64,000 nucleotides of DNA from Hydrolagus affinis (taxonomy: Eukaryota), in assembly GCA_012026655.1 (NCBI GenBank), contig JAAILG010000017.1, positions 1 through 64,000 on the forward strand, read 5' to 3'. This document shows positions 51,023 through 64,000 of this stretch, in pieces. The notes under the pieces were generated by a model. The model saw nothing but the letters and a program-made list of their open reading frames with translations, did not search any database and was not told where the DNA came from. Within the stretch, counting starts at the first letter, position 1, and each line of letters opens with the position of its first letter. The position numbers and the translations under genes are program-made.

Positions 51023-52913
51023 GTACGGCACTCATCCCATCTAATAACACGATCCACGTGGAATGATCAGTGAAACCCCAATTCTCACTGCTTTGAACAG
51101 TTAGTTATTTTGCTTGTGGTTTTGAACTTAACCCCACCCCCTAATTGTACAATTTCAAAAGGAATGAGTTCCACTACCTTGCTTATCTCTGGGTGCTCCC
51201 ACCGTTTGTCCTTTGGTGATTGTTTGGAGGGTTTGATATGTATGTAAGCTTCATTATTCCAGTGCTGGTGAAAATTCAATGTTGTTATAATAGGCTGTAA
51301 AGCTGCATTTTACCATGCTATCATTCAATTATGTAATTGTACTTTTCACAACAGCCAATTTTAGGAATTTCTCTATTGAAATAAAACTACATATTTGGAA
51401 GGGACACGATGTCAGTGGTACCTCACACATGACTTAGTCTGTGGGACATTGGCTGTATTGGGAGGTTCCCCTATATTGAGGTCCATGTTATTTCATAGAG
51501 CGTGAGTTAGCACCCATTGTGTTCAGCTGGTGAGATTGGTGACCAAACTAATAATTCAAGGTTCAAATCTTGGGTCAATTGCTACATTGTGTATTGGATG
51601 CTGCATATAAGTCAATCACTTAATTTTCTTTATCAAAAGGGAATTATTAAAGAGATTCAAGATTTAAGATTCTCAACCAAAGCAGCTTTGTCAGGATTGT
51701 ATCCATGTTGGCCTATTGGTAAAAGGCATGGAAATTGTAGGTTTAGAGCAGTGAAGTTAACCGACTGTATTTCACATATTTCAGAGTCTTCCCACACGCC
51801 ATAATGTACTTGGTGAGAAAATAATAACTAGCCCTCTGATTTAGAGTTTAAATAGGTATAAACTTTTTTGCTGAGCAAGCCGGAAATTCCTGAGGTAAAC
51901 CATCCACGGCACAGCAACGCTAATTTTGATGTAACTGAAACAATGAAGCCTCCTGTAGAAATGACTTTAGAAGGATTCCATTGATGGAGGGTTTGAATCG
52001 GGCATTCATTGAAGTGCATGACTGTCTCCATTGACTTTCCATCTCGAATACAACTTGACATTGCTATTGGTAACAGCAGGTGTTACTTGTGAGGAACAGT
52101 ACAGCTCCCCCACGGTCCGATAGGCAAACTCATCCCCTAGAGTCCGAGACGCACAGCCGAGGAATGCCTTGGGCTCACTCGTGACCATCTGCTCAATTAC
52201 TTTACCTTGGGAGTCCTTGTGTTGCCTTATTAAGTATCCCCAAGGAAGGGAAAGATTGGCTTGAGTTCCCACTCCTAAGGCTCCAAATTCCAGCTATCTC
52301 ATCTCACAAGATCATCTTTTTGAAGATCGTACAGAATTGTGCCACGTTTTAAAATTCAATCTTAACCTGGAAGCTTTTTTTTCTCCCTGCGCTGTTCTTA
52401 AAAAGGAACGGCTTTTAAAAGTCACAACCCAAACTTACATTTCAACCTCCATTTTTTGATCAAATCATCTCACAGACTAAGTTTATGGTGATCTCTGTCC
52501 TCAGATCGCGACCCAACAGTACCCCTGCTATTAAATGTAGTCTGTGCAGGTGTCTGCTGATGGTAAAATCAAATCTGCCTTGATGTGCATGCGCTTAAAT
52601 AGCATGACAACACTCAGTGTCTTGAGTTATACGAGAAGTTGAGCAAAAATAAGAAGGCTGCTTTGCCAACTGAGCTCAGACATGACCTGAACACTTACAA
52701 GAGTAGCTTAGTCATTAAATATTATTTACGGGTAAGGCTGCTTATTATGGGTGAACAGCTGTAGGAAGCTCACGTACCCATTAAACATCCCAGACCATTC
52801 CATCTAAGTTGTATTTCCATCGTTTTCATCATTAAAATGTGTGAGAGATGCAGAGAGACGTAAAAACGCAGAGAGATGTTTGATTGTTTGTTTGTTTGTT
52901 TGCCCCTCTTTAG

Positions 52914-53074
52914 ATGGGGCTGTTTGACCTGGAGGTAAACTGTTTGATGAAGATCCTGTTTGTGGCTCTGGTGGTGCTGTCCCTTGTCATGGTTGCACTG
53001 CAGCATTTCCGAGGTCGTTGGTATCTCCATTTGTGTCGCTTCATCCTTCTGCTTTCTAACATCGTCCCCATCAG
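52914..53074 (+). CDS. ATP9A: ATP9A exon 11 (TM3-TM4)
   Basis: cttTAG / GTAGGC; [53 protein letters not shown](S). Confidence 0.95.
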
Positions 53075-54484
53075 GTAGGCAGGCTTCCAGACGTCAGTCT
53101 GTGTGCTGAGTGGAGGTGTTTAATTTTCTGTAAAAAGACTAACCTCCTCCCAAGTCTTTCTCCCTCTCTCCCTTCCTCTCTCCCTCACTCCCTCCCTCCC
53201 TCTCCATCCCTCCCTTCCCCCAGCCCGCTCTGCCCGGCAGCTTTGCCATACAAAAGCTTTGCCAAGATAAAGTAGTCGCCAAGGCAACTCGCTCAGCGTT
53301 TGTCCCAATGGCATTCTGAAAGCCAGTGTTGGGGCATGAACAGCAGGGGCCTCTGGTGGCTCAGACTACAGTAAAATTATACGTGCATCAGGATTGCAGC
53401 ACATTTGTGTACCTGCTCCCATTTCCTTGGCGTAGGACTGACACGTGAGCTAACTCCTCGGTTGTGGCAGATTGGTCTGTCTGTGCAGAGCATCAGACCT
53501 GCTGCCTTCACTCACTATCTGCACGAGTACACTTGTAAGGGGTGAAAACTAGGCTGATTTTTCTCACACACTCTCCCCCCAACCTAGGGCACTGTAGCCA
53601 ACCAAAGTGTCTCCGTGTTCCAGCTGAGATCAGCTCAATTGAACACAGACTGGCCTTCGAAGCTGCTTTGAACATTTTGGTTTGCATGAGCAAGTCCTTC
53701 ATTGTCTTTACCAATGATTACAGTATATTCCGTGAAGCGATTTGAGACGTTGATAAGATGTGAAAAGCGCCATATCAAATGCAAGGATTATTATTATTAT
53801 ATTATTATTGGAAATTCTTCCGCATATTTTAAAATGTTTCAAGCTTTAAAAGAGTGCTTTAGAAATGTATGTTTGCCTTTACCTATGACAAATTGCCGGC
53901 GATCAGTTTGGACTTTCGGTTTTGTCACCGACCATTTGATTCTGTCAGGGCATCTGCATTAATTTTGGCAGCTTAATATTTATAGAAATTTCCATTAAAT
54001 CTAACTGCATCTTTCAAAACATTTGGGCACATCTGCAAATAACATCTGTAGAACCATTGACTCGTTTGGGTTTCTCTCCACTTCGCTCGCTGTCACATGC
54101 CCAGCTGAGCTGTCCAAATATTTACCTGCAAAATATGTTCTGTTAGGACACAAAAGGCATGATGAGTGAAGTTCCATTAAGCTCCAAAAATTGTTTGCTC
54201 GCAGATGGAGTTATAGAGTTTGTATTTCATCAGGACAAATAAATCTCGCTAATTTACAGTGCTCCGAGCGATCTGAAAAGTTTTGGAGATGGAAATAATA
54301 AGCACGCCACTTCTGCACTGTGCTTCACCATTCCTTCCCTTGATTATCTTTGGAGAGAAACATGGCGCAGATGTTAACTGGACTGGCCAGATCGTGTTCG
54401 GCTCGTTCAGCTGTTTTGCGTGACCAAAGTTAAAGCCCGTATTTTTCTCCCTGCTCTCTTATTTCTTCCGGACCTCCCCTGTAG

Positions 54485-54627
54485 TATTCGTGTCAACCTG
54501 GACATGGGAAAGATGGTGTACAGCTGGATGATTCGGAGAGACTCGAAGATTCCTGGCACAGTGGTCCGCGCCAGCACCATCACAGAGCAGCTCGGGAGGA
54601 TTTCCTACGTACTGACAGACAAGACGG
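54485..54627 (+). CDS. ATP9A: ATP9A exon 12 (contains phosphorylation-site Asp of DKTGT)
   Basis: cctgTAG / GTAATG; [47 protein letters not shown](G). Confidence 0.96.
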
Positions 54628-55481
54628 GTAATGTCGGCTTGGAATTCAGAGATGGCAACCGTAATGCATTCGAGTTGTGTTTTTTTTTACAGGAAACTGG
54701 AATGAACGAGTCCTTGGAGAATTAATTCGAGTTTTGCATGCTTTCCCCCGCTCCCAGAAAAAAAATTAAAATTGGGTCACTCAATCTGTTTATGGGACAC
54801 AATTAGTTGCGTACAATATTTCTCCCACAAAATATGCAGTTAATTCACTTTACGGTAAATCGATGAAGCGCTTTGAGATGTCTCAACGATGTGATAAGGC
54901 ACTTTATCAAATGCAAGGATTATTATATTATATATTATATCGTGCGGAAACTGTGCCTAGAGAAAATAATTTGTTGGCGAGTCCTGTTACCCTAAAGCTT
55001 TTTGTTCTGTGCCCCCCCGACAACCAAAAGGATAAGTTTTTGCCATGCCGATCTGCAATGCCAGCCCTTTATTATTCAGATGAACAATACTGAGTGAACA
55101 GTTGTGTGAAAGAACCCGCATACTGATTTCGCAAGAAAGGAGCTGTATGAATGGTGCTGACTGATATGATTCTACACAGCCTCATCCTAAATGTGTTTGG
55201 CATGTTGATGAGTATCTGGAGAGAGTAGGATCGAGAGCTTTCTATTCACAAACTGTTGCGTCACCAAAACGCTGTTCTTATGACTGATGCTTTTTATCCA
55301 TTACCACCGTTTGTTTAAATAACAAAATCTGTGCAAAGGGTTGTTTCGCCAGAGCTCTCCCAGTTGATGGGGTTGGGGGAACAGGCCAGTATTGAGCAAT
55401 GGAAAAACAGATAGGGGAAGCTGAGAAATGCAGGGGAAAGTTGGGTGAAAGCCTAAACTCTAGCTTCTTCTGTTCCTCCAG

Positions 55482-55594
55482 GAACTCTTACCCAGAACGA
55501 GATGATGTTCAGACGGCTGCATCTCGGCACCGTATCCTACGGGATGGATTCCATGGACGAGGTGCAGAGTCACATTTTTAGTGCGTACACGCAG
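55482..55594 (+). CDS. ATP9A: ATP9A exon 13
   Basis: cctcCAG / GTGAGA; (G)[37 protein letters not shown] completes DKTGTLT. Confidence 0.95.
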
Positions 55595-57712
55595 GTGAGA
55601 ACCTTGTGAATGAATGTTTTTTTTTGTGTGTGTGTGTGCGTGGTTAAAATTGTTCCATTGCAAGGTGTCAACAAACCTCAAAACAGTCTTCAGTTGCCTT
55701 CTGATGTCCATGGCAAGTACTGTGTAGGTTTGTGACCATATAGAGCGTGGAGGTCCCAGAATCAGTTTTTGCCTGTGCTGCTCAGGTGGCAGCAGTGGAT
55801 TTACAACTGGTCAATGAAGGAGAATTGTCTTTGAGATCACTATCCAATGATCTCTGGTCAGGTTTTGGCAAAGGTCAGACTTCCCTGTGAGGACTCCCTA
55901 CAAATACTCACCACCTGGGCAAGGTCTCCTGGTTCCTCCCCCACCCCCCCCCTTCCTCCCCCATATTATAGCGAATCTTTATGTTTCTGGAGCTTTTTAG
56001 TTACTTCTGATTTCTAAATTTATGAACTAATCATTAGATACAAGTTCTGGTTTGGAGGCTTTCATTTTCTATCAGTGATAATCACTGATGAACAAGGAAC
56101 CAGTTGTACTTGCTGATCGGCTGTTTACCTTGTGTTTACTGTCAATGTTTGTGCACCCACAGCTCCCACCCTCCTCTGACAGTGGTGGCTTGTACAAGAG
56201 GCTCCTAACCACGACTGACTTAACCTGACAGCACATTTCTCATTTTACCGGCCCAAAGCTTTCCTGGGCTATGAGCTCCGCCACCATCTGTGGGGCAGAT
56301 TGATGAGGTCCTCGGAGGATAAAACATTTATATATAATCAAAACTGAGCAATTGATTCCTCGGCTATTACTACCAGGTTAACTATACTGCAGGGTACCAA
56401 TCCACAGCGCTGTAAATGGAGAGCTGCTGAGTTATGAGATGGAAATTGACGTTTGTTTACTTGGGTGACCTTGGTAAAATCTCTCGGAACTTTTGCCCAA
56501 TTTGCCGTCTATATCGGTTCTGATGGCTGCACACTTGACAGGAAACATAGTTTGCAGCTCAAGCCTCAATATGCTTAAGCTGTGGCTTTAACAAACGAAA
56601 AGCATTTGCGGGAAAAACAAGTCCTTTACCCAGCCTGATCGGGCCTCTCTAATGTCTGTATCATTTGGGTTGAAAGTTTTCTTTTCTAATTAAAAAAGAA
56701 GGTATTTCCAGTGCCTCTGTTGGCTCATTTGTTTAATCCCGCTGCTCAGAGTGAAACTGATACACAGACCCTGGGAAGTTCCAGGTTCATGACTCTAAAC
56801 CCAGTGGTATTTCGCCCACAAATATACAGTCAATTCACTTTACAGTCTACTCTGTGAAGCGCTTTGAGATGTCTAGAAGATGTGAAGGTTTATTGCGAGG
56901 ATTATTATTCTAGAGTTCCCCGATATTCAACTGCATTCACCCTCTTTATTATGCTGCAAACTTTGACCAATTTACAATCAACAAGCAAAAATGACTAAAC
57001 CTCTATGAACGGAAGCAGCATGTTGTTGTACCCGTAGCAGAGTAAAAGGGATCCAGAGCAAGTGGATCGCACTAATTGGCTTTGGAAGTGCATCGGACAT
57101 CCCCTCTCCAAATGGGACTCCGTGTCCCAAGAGACTGCATTTCTTGTAGGTTAGCCATAGGAATGCAGATAATACTGTGCCTGTGACTTACTCTGGATTG
57201 AGTTAAATTTTGAACCGTTCAAGGAAACCCAACAGGAACCCAATGTGTGCCTCTCTTGATAACTGAATCGCCTTGGGACATCCTCCCGACATGAAAGGCG
57301 CTCTTATCAATGTAATTTTGTTGAGGTTGTTGAGTAGAGGTGGGTGCGTTGATCATTGGCAAAGTGCGATTTACAGATCAGCAACAGAAGATGATTGCCC
57401 AATCCCATTCCTTTTTGTACGTGTTTTTTCGATTGCTGACAACACAAAACAGCAATTACTCATCAGATGCAGCTTATTTATTGTGCTCGTGACTATTGCA
57501 AATCATTAGCAAAATTGTAACTCTTCACGTAAGTCCAGCACACTGTTTACAGTATTTATATCAGGGGCAGGGTAGCAGTGAGTTAAGTAAGTAACCAGTG
57601 CCCGTGAAACTGCAGGCCCGCAAGAGGAGGCCAGGCCAGGAGAAGAATAGTGTGAAATATAACGGGCCACTTTACATTGACGTGCCAAACCGAATTCTCT
57701 CTGGTCTTGCAG

Positions 57713-57928
57713 CCACCTGTGTCGTCGCACGATAAGGCTCCCTCAGCAGCTCCGAAGATCCGTAAAACAGTGAGTGTGCGCGTCCACGAGGCGGTGAAAG
57801 CCATCGCACTCTGCCACAATGTCACCCCCGTCTACGAGTCCCACAGACCTGAATGCGCCGACCAAGCTGAAGCTGAACAAAACTACGAAGACGCCTGTCG
57901 TATTTACCAAGCAGCCAGTCCTGATGAG
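57713..57928 (+). CDS. ATP9A: ATP9A exon 14 (N domain); gene continues beyond window
   Basis: cttgCAG / GTAAGT; ...[20 protein letters not shown]...YQAASPDE. The next expected exon (VALVQW...) was not seen before 64000. Confidence 0.94.
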
Positions 57929-57946
57929 GTAAGTTCTCCTTCACCT

Positions 57947-57948
<2 letters not shown>

Positions 57949-57980
<32 letters not shown>

Positions 57981-58007
57981 ACTGAGAGAGAGAGAGAGAG
58001 AGAGAGA
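57949..58007. repeat. Compound (TG)n-(GA)n microsatellite
   Basis: Directly visible about 20 nt downstream of the exon 14 donor. Confidence 0.95.
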
Positions 58008-58044
58008 CTACTTTCTTCAGTTTATTGTCTTCAAGTCATAACAC

Positions 58045-58283
58045 GCAAGTTTTGTTTGTACCCCCGTCCTCTGGAAATCCATCCTACACAGTCCCTCTGG
58101 CTTGACCCCTCCCTTACCTCCTTCAATACCCATCTCAAGACCTTCGTCTTTGACCATGCCTTCAGTCACTGTCCTACCCCTACCCTCTCTGTCCTACTCC
58201 CCTCCTGAACCCAACCATCAGTGCGGATCCCTGATTGTCCAGTACCTTGTGATGTCCTCCGGACATGAAAGGCACTATCTGAA
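58045..58283 (+). mobile_element. L2-clade LINE 3' end (ORF2 C-terminus relic, 3' UTR, stem-loop tail)
   Basis: Translates to SLTSFNTHLKTFVFDHAF, like the L2 ORF2 end, followed by tail ccttgtgatgtcctccggacatgaaaggcactat...(TTG)n. Confidence 0.8.
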
Positions 58284-60157
58284 TGTAATTTGTTGTTGGT
58301 GGTGAACTTATATCTAGGCCTTTTCCTTCATTGTTCTAAGTCACCTGTTTCATTTATTGGTTTACAAGCCTCTTCCAGAAGGAAATATTCTCCAGAATGT
58401 TTGGGAAGAATTACCCTGTTCTCAGGGAGGGAAACTGGGTTTTATTTTGCTATGAATTGTTGCAACATTTGTATAATTGGATGAGTTCTTTGAAAAAAGG
58501 AAAACGCAAAAGGATTTGCAATAAAAGTGGGATTTAATGGATTGCTCCTCCAGAGAGAGAAGGAGAGCAGGGATGGGCCGAATGGCCTCTTTGTGAGCTT
58601 TAAAGTTCTAGGTTGCAGTGAAGATGGGAGGAGCGCTGTTCTGAACCGAGGCATCTGATTTTCTGATGAAACAGGAGGCTCAATCTCACTTGTCTCTTAT
58701 CTCATCTTGTGCACTACCTTACCAGAGAGTTTTTGATACTAACAACAGGAGGAAAGCAAAATCGTAATCCTTGCATTTGGTATAGGGCCTCTCATGCCAA
58801 GATGAGGTCTCGAATCACTTCACAGGGTATATGGTTATAAAGCATGGCGGGTGTACATTTTGTAGGTGACATAAGTTCAAACCCTGTGCATACACACGTC
58901 AGCCTCTTTCGATCGCAAATCCTCCTCCCACAAACCAATACAAAGGCTATAATTGATGCAGTTGCGTTCGGATAGTGCAGATGTTTTCTTTCGGAAGCAC
59001 AACAATCCCGAGCTGTGCACAACTTTGTCCATCAGCCTTTGAAAGTGCTCTGCTGACACCAGTTACTGTGAGTCCTGGTGGATAGCTTAGTGCCACACAC
59101 CCCCTCTGGAGGCTTATCGTTCAAGCCTGAGTGTATTGATTTGCATTGATGAGATGGAGGAGAAAAAAGCAATCCAGGCATTTGTTTTTTTTCGAAAAAT
59201 ATCTCTAAAACCAGATGTTAAATACTCACTCGGCCCCTGCCTGTTCCTGCCTCTCTTGCCACCAACTTTCTGTAAGTGAATGCAATCGATCCACACTTTT
59301 ACGTTAGACTACGGTGAAATGTTGATTTTAATTATAGAGCTGAAATATAATGTTGTGGCTCACAGTTCCTGTTTTAAAACCACTCGTTTTTTCTTGTTCT
59401 AATTTTTGAACATTGGAAGCGCGTCTGCCTGTGTGGCCTCCCTTGTCACCCTCAGAAAACAGACTTACATAGAGGCAGAGCCCAGTATAATGGCTATTTA
59501 CAGCCATGCCAGGAAATTTCAGCACATTGCACAGACCCCTTGTAGCTATAAAAAGTGGTAAATATTCATGGACTGTGTAGCTCAAGAATCTAGTGAATGG
59601 TTTTGCTCTTAGTACACTGAGGCGCTATACAAGTGTAATTTTGTTGTTGTACAGTGTACGTTTCCGAAGGAAATTCAAAGCAAGTTAGATGCGCTGAAAA
59701 GAGGTTTGTGCAATTCTTTTAAACTGCAAATATAAACAGCTGGTAGAGGTCATGGAGTTGACATTATATTTTTTGTTAGAAGACAATTACCCTTTTTAAA
59801 AAAAATGGTATATTTTTTGCTCCTGATTCTCTTCGACGGTGATTTCATGTCTTGGAGCCCTAATGTCTTCGTGGGATTCCTTGATGAGGGAAGCAGAAGT
59901 GGGTCACTCTGATCCACTGTAACTCCGCTCCCATGTTAGCTATCTAGAGTGGAGTTCCTGCCTGATATGCTTCTGATTCCTGAAAGGAAACCTTACTTAA
60001 TAAGTAGTCTTGACCCTACTTAATAAGGAGTGTCAGCGTGAATCCATTTGAAGTTGTGTTCTATCCGTTAAGCCTAGTTTGATATCTTAAAGAGACCTGG
60101 CTTTTTGCAGACTCCCTGTACCGTTACATGGAGAACCTTTTTCGGCAGCGGCTGAAG

Positions 60158-60469
60158 ATAATAATAATAATCCTTGCATTTGATATTGCGCTTTTCACAT
60201 CTTTTTGATGTCTCAAAGCGCTTCACAGAATATACTGTAAAGTGAATTGACTGTATACCTGTGGGAGAAACACGGCAGCCAATTGCACACAGCAGTGTCC
60301 CACATGGGTTGAAATGACCAATTTTATTATTGTGTTTTTTTTGGAGGGATTATTATTAGGCACGTGGAGTACGGAAACTTGCCCAAGGTTTTGCCCTGAT
60401 CCGCCTGGATTCGAACACAAGTCTCACGCTTGTAAGGCGAGTGCTCTAACCACTGAGCTACAGGAGCTC
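60158..60469 (-). mobile_element. Full-length tRNA-derived SINE, short subfamily (antisense)
   Basis: Reverse complement closely matches the 35244 and 36705 copies. Confidence 0.92.
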
Positions 60470-63400
60470 GATGAGGTGCATGAAGCAACCCTTTGAGGCC
60501 CCCCACACCTCCACTCACCCCAACATTAGTCACCTTATGAAAAAACAGAAGTATGTAAAGTGACTGGTCAATTTACATATCAAAGATGGCAATAAAGTCC
60601 ACCGTGACCTTTATAGTGGTCATGTCCTTGAAAGGTTTTAAAGGCTAAAACCTTGTGTACAGAGAACCCAGCTGCCTTTTCATTTTTCCCTGAAGGATGC
60701 AGCTAGTTTTAATCCCTTTAACCCACTGACTGTACTTTTTAATTTTAGGGAGAACAATATTGGCGAGGATACCTACTGAATTCTGATTGGTCAGCCTTAG
60801 CATTTGACGTGTACAGAGCTTCTGCTTCTTAGAGTTTTCATAGTCAAGAGTTCCACTTTTAGTTTGATTACACTATAATGCTAGGTGCAATTGGCTACCA
60901 TGTTTCACTTCACCTCAGTTCACTTAGCAGTATATTCTGTGAAGCGCCTTGCAACGTCTACAAGACGTGAGGAACGCTATATCAAATGGTAGCATTACTA
61001 AGTATTATGATAATGGTTGAACTGAGTACTGTACTCAATGGGTTAATGTGGTGCAGATGGCCTTAATTCCTTTGATTCCCCTGACTTTAGTTATTGCGAT
61101 TGGATTCTGAACACCGGGTTTAATGGTGATCTGCCTTTAACTCCTGAAACTCTTTCAGAATTAACTGCAAATTGACAGTCTCTGATCGTCAACCTCTTGT
61201 CTTGATCTTAAAGGTCATGATTAAGTTGCTCATGCACCCAAGAGGAAAGTGTATAATATTATTATTTATATGAAGCAGTAACTGTCCAGTGCCTTGGAAT
61301 GTCCTCCTGACATGAAAGGCGCGATACCAATGTAATTTTGTTGTTGTTGTTGTGTGGGTTTGGCAGTTTTGAGTGTGGAAACCGAAGTCTGAAAACAACA
61401 AAACGATTGGTTACTTCAGAGTAGGACAGTATTCCATTTTGAACCTTCCCTAATCACCTGCCTCTCCTTTTAATAAGCAGTTTTTGACCTCACCTGTCGA
61501 GTTTTGCACAGCTATCTACTGATCTCTAAAAATGGCCTTGAGCCATGGCAAACTGCAGCGTGACTGGCCCGTAAGAAAATGCAAGAGCTTCTGTTATTTT
61601 GTTTAACAAGGTATAAATAGCTTGGTGTCAGGGAAGGGTGTAAGTTAGTTTAGCAAGACCAGATGAGGCATTAGTCTGTATCTTTTTTAAGGATGGACAA
61701 CTGACGATGATGCGGTTTAGAGAGACGACTGAATGAGCCTCTTTTCCATGTTGAAATCATTGGTGGTATCAAAGGTCAGAAATATGATATCTCCTCAGGG
61801 TTCTGGCTAAACTACAGTGAAATCATAATAATGCCATTCCTGCTTGACACACGGGATCACAGTTACTGAGAAAGCCTCAATACCCTGTTTTCATTGATGG
61901 ATGACGGGGTGGGAAGCAGTTGTGTACGCGGACTGAGGAGTGCAGGGGTCAGGAACTGGACTGTAAAAGGTCACTGAATGTGCAGGGCCTTTTCAAATCT
62001 TTGGCACCACAAGGTCAAAGGTGAGAGACTGGGTTTGATCTTTGATGATAATTTAATGCCAGCAGATGACCATTTTCTGTGCGGAAAGAAAACTGTTAAG
62101 CCTACATTCATGATTATTGTATAGAACATGATTTGCATGACTCAGTAATGAGGACGTTTGCAGCTCCTTCAAACCAGCTAGATAGTGCTGTATGTATATG
62201 TTTTATATATATATAAATATATGTGTATATGATATATATGTATATATTATATTGTATATTGATTGAAATTTTACAGGGGGAAACTTATTCAAGGTATTTT
62301 GATTTTTCTTCCCTTCCTCCTTGTTGCCTTCTTCCATGCCACGGTCTTATCACCAATAATCACCAGTAACAATAATAATCCTACGTTTGATATAACGCCT
62401 TATCACGTCTTTGAGACGTCTGAAACGCTTCACAGAATATACCACAAAATGAATCGACTGTACATTTTGGTGGGTGAATCAGGGGTTAAGCAGGTGTCAG
62501 CTTACTAAATTTTTAATGATATTAAAATTTGCCAGTAGAAGTGTATGAGAGAAGTCTGCGGTTACTGTTTTGGTGATTTTTACTTTCCCTTAGTTTCTAA
62601 GACATTGAGTATGTGTCACCCTAAACAGGAGGTAACTGCGAGGTGAGGGCTTTGCGAGGTGATCATTCTAGAACAATGACGTGATCTACAGTTTATTAAA
62701 TCGAATTGTCCTTCATCCTGTAGGAGGTTTGCTCGACGTGAGTTAAGTGTCTGAAAAGATTACCGCAACACAGACTGCGTGACCTGCGTGTGTTAAGATG
62801 ATTTAGTGTTTCCGAGAAGTGGTTAGGCTTCCTGATTAAATGCTTACCTAATGTCTTTATCGGTAATAATTTGAAGTCCTGCTGAAGTAAGCCCAGCTGA
62901 CTAAGGCTGGATTTGTTTTCTTGGCCGGATTTTAACAGCTGAAGACCTGAAAGCCTATTGCGATCTTTGTTTCAATATTGCACTAGCATCCAGCATGTTG
63001 TGTACAGAGCATGTTCTGAATGAGTGTGTGGACTGTGCACATTTTTGATATGTGGCAATACTAGTCGTTTAACCGAAGAGATGATTCAGGCTTTTCGTCT
63101 TTGAAAGAGATTGTATTTTTTCAATGGTTGCAATTACTCATTCTGTGATTCTGCAACTCATCCACGATTTCCACTATTTACTACCTAGTGTGTTACTTCC
63201 CAGCAACGAACTGCAGATTTTATTTGGTAACAACAACGTCCATTTAGTTGTACAGAGAGGCACCAACTGAGTCAACTGAGTTTACATTCACCAACTGAGT
63301 CAAGTATTTTCATTGAAAATGTCTCTCATGTCATTTGGTAACAGGAATGAAAAACAAATTGACAAGCAAAATAAATCGGCCCCCGATTAACTTTTGATAC

Positions 63401-64000
63401 TGAAAAATTAAGTGTCATTTTTGTAAATAAAAATGGACAGAACCAAGCTGTTATGGTACGTACGGTTGCACATTATTTACACTCTTCTGTTAGTTTTTTT
63501 TGTTTTAATTATTCCCTCTTATCCATCACCCTCTGAATAGTTACCAAAACAAACTGTCAAAGTGCTCCAGAATGCTACCCGGTGTGAAGGAGGCTGTGTA
63601 AATGCAAGGTTGTTTATTTGAGGAAATGTGATAAGCACTCCAGCACAGTGTGATTTGGGCTTGAATTTGATGTAGAATTAAATGGGCAGGAGTCCACAGG
63701 ACAAAACTACTCACAAATGACCATTTTCTATAGTTTATTTAGTACCATTTTATGGTTCATTACTAATGACCATGTCTGTTATGTACAGTAGAGAGAGAGA
63801 GCTGTGTGATAGCTGGAATTTGGATGAATCTGGGTGGTATGAATGGGGGAGGGGGTGGGAGTGCACCATCAGACTATGATTGACCTATGGTAATTCAATG
63901 CTATCATTAGCTGGAGAATGGGTTAGTGGCATTTTATTGAGCATAAAAAAAGAAATTAATAAAGAAGGGAGAGGATAATTGTACTCCAGGTCTAGCATTT

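Noticed and set aside
56068-56089. tetO-like palindrome atcagtgat-a-atcactgat
   Set aside because: Short 9-bp inverted repeat with only partial tetO similarity and no vector context; likely coincidental.
32027-57928. Alternative identity as the SALL3-ATP9B paralogous locus
   Set aside because: The short N-terminus (68-nt first coding exon then CC.W...[12 protein letters not shown]) is ATP9A-like, and the SALL gene lacks finger cluster 3 and has the SALL4 exon layout.
1-64000. CRISPR arrays, prokaryotic operons or intact autonomous transposons
   Set aside because: No regularly spaced repeat-spacer arrays and no long RT, transposase or integrase ORF; the sequence is an intron-rich vertebrate locus.

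Overview
Vertebrate genomic DNA, probably a cartilaginous fish (inferred from repeat types and ancestral-looking proteins, not proven). Two head-to-tail + strand genes are present. (1) SALL4, a spalt-like zinc-finger transcription factor: exons 2-4 at 20082-27279; exon 1 was not found, so 1-20081 is probably part of a >20 kb first intron. (2) ATP9A, a P4-ATPase lipid flippase: coding exons 1-14 at 32027-57928, all GT-AG and phase-consistent, with the gene continuing beyond the window. Non-coding DNA is rich in a tRNA-derived SINE with an L2-type 3' tail (two subfamilies), 5'-truncated L2 and CR1 LINE ends, older Deu-domain and AmnSINE2-like SINE relics, and microsatellites. Nearly all other ORF-track entries look spurious. 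I found no clearly new biological system. The best leads are substitutions at normally conserved positions of the ATP9A lipid pathway, a CpG-preserved SINE at the ATP9A promoter, a phase-compatible poison-exon candidate in SALL4 intron 2, a GC in place of the SALL4B splice donor, tail-in-tail retroposon insertions, and a local duplication downstream of SALL4. Comparisons with human proteins and repeat consensi are from memory and need alignment to confirm.
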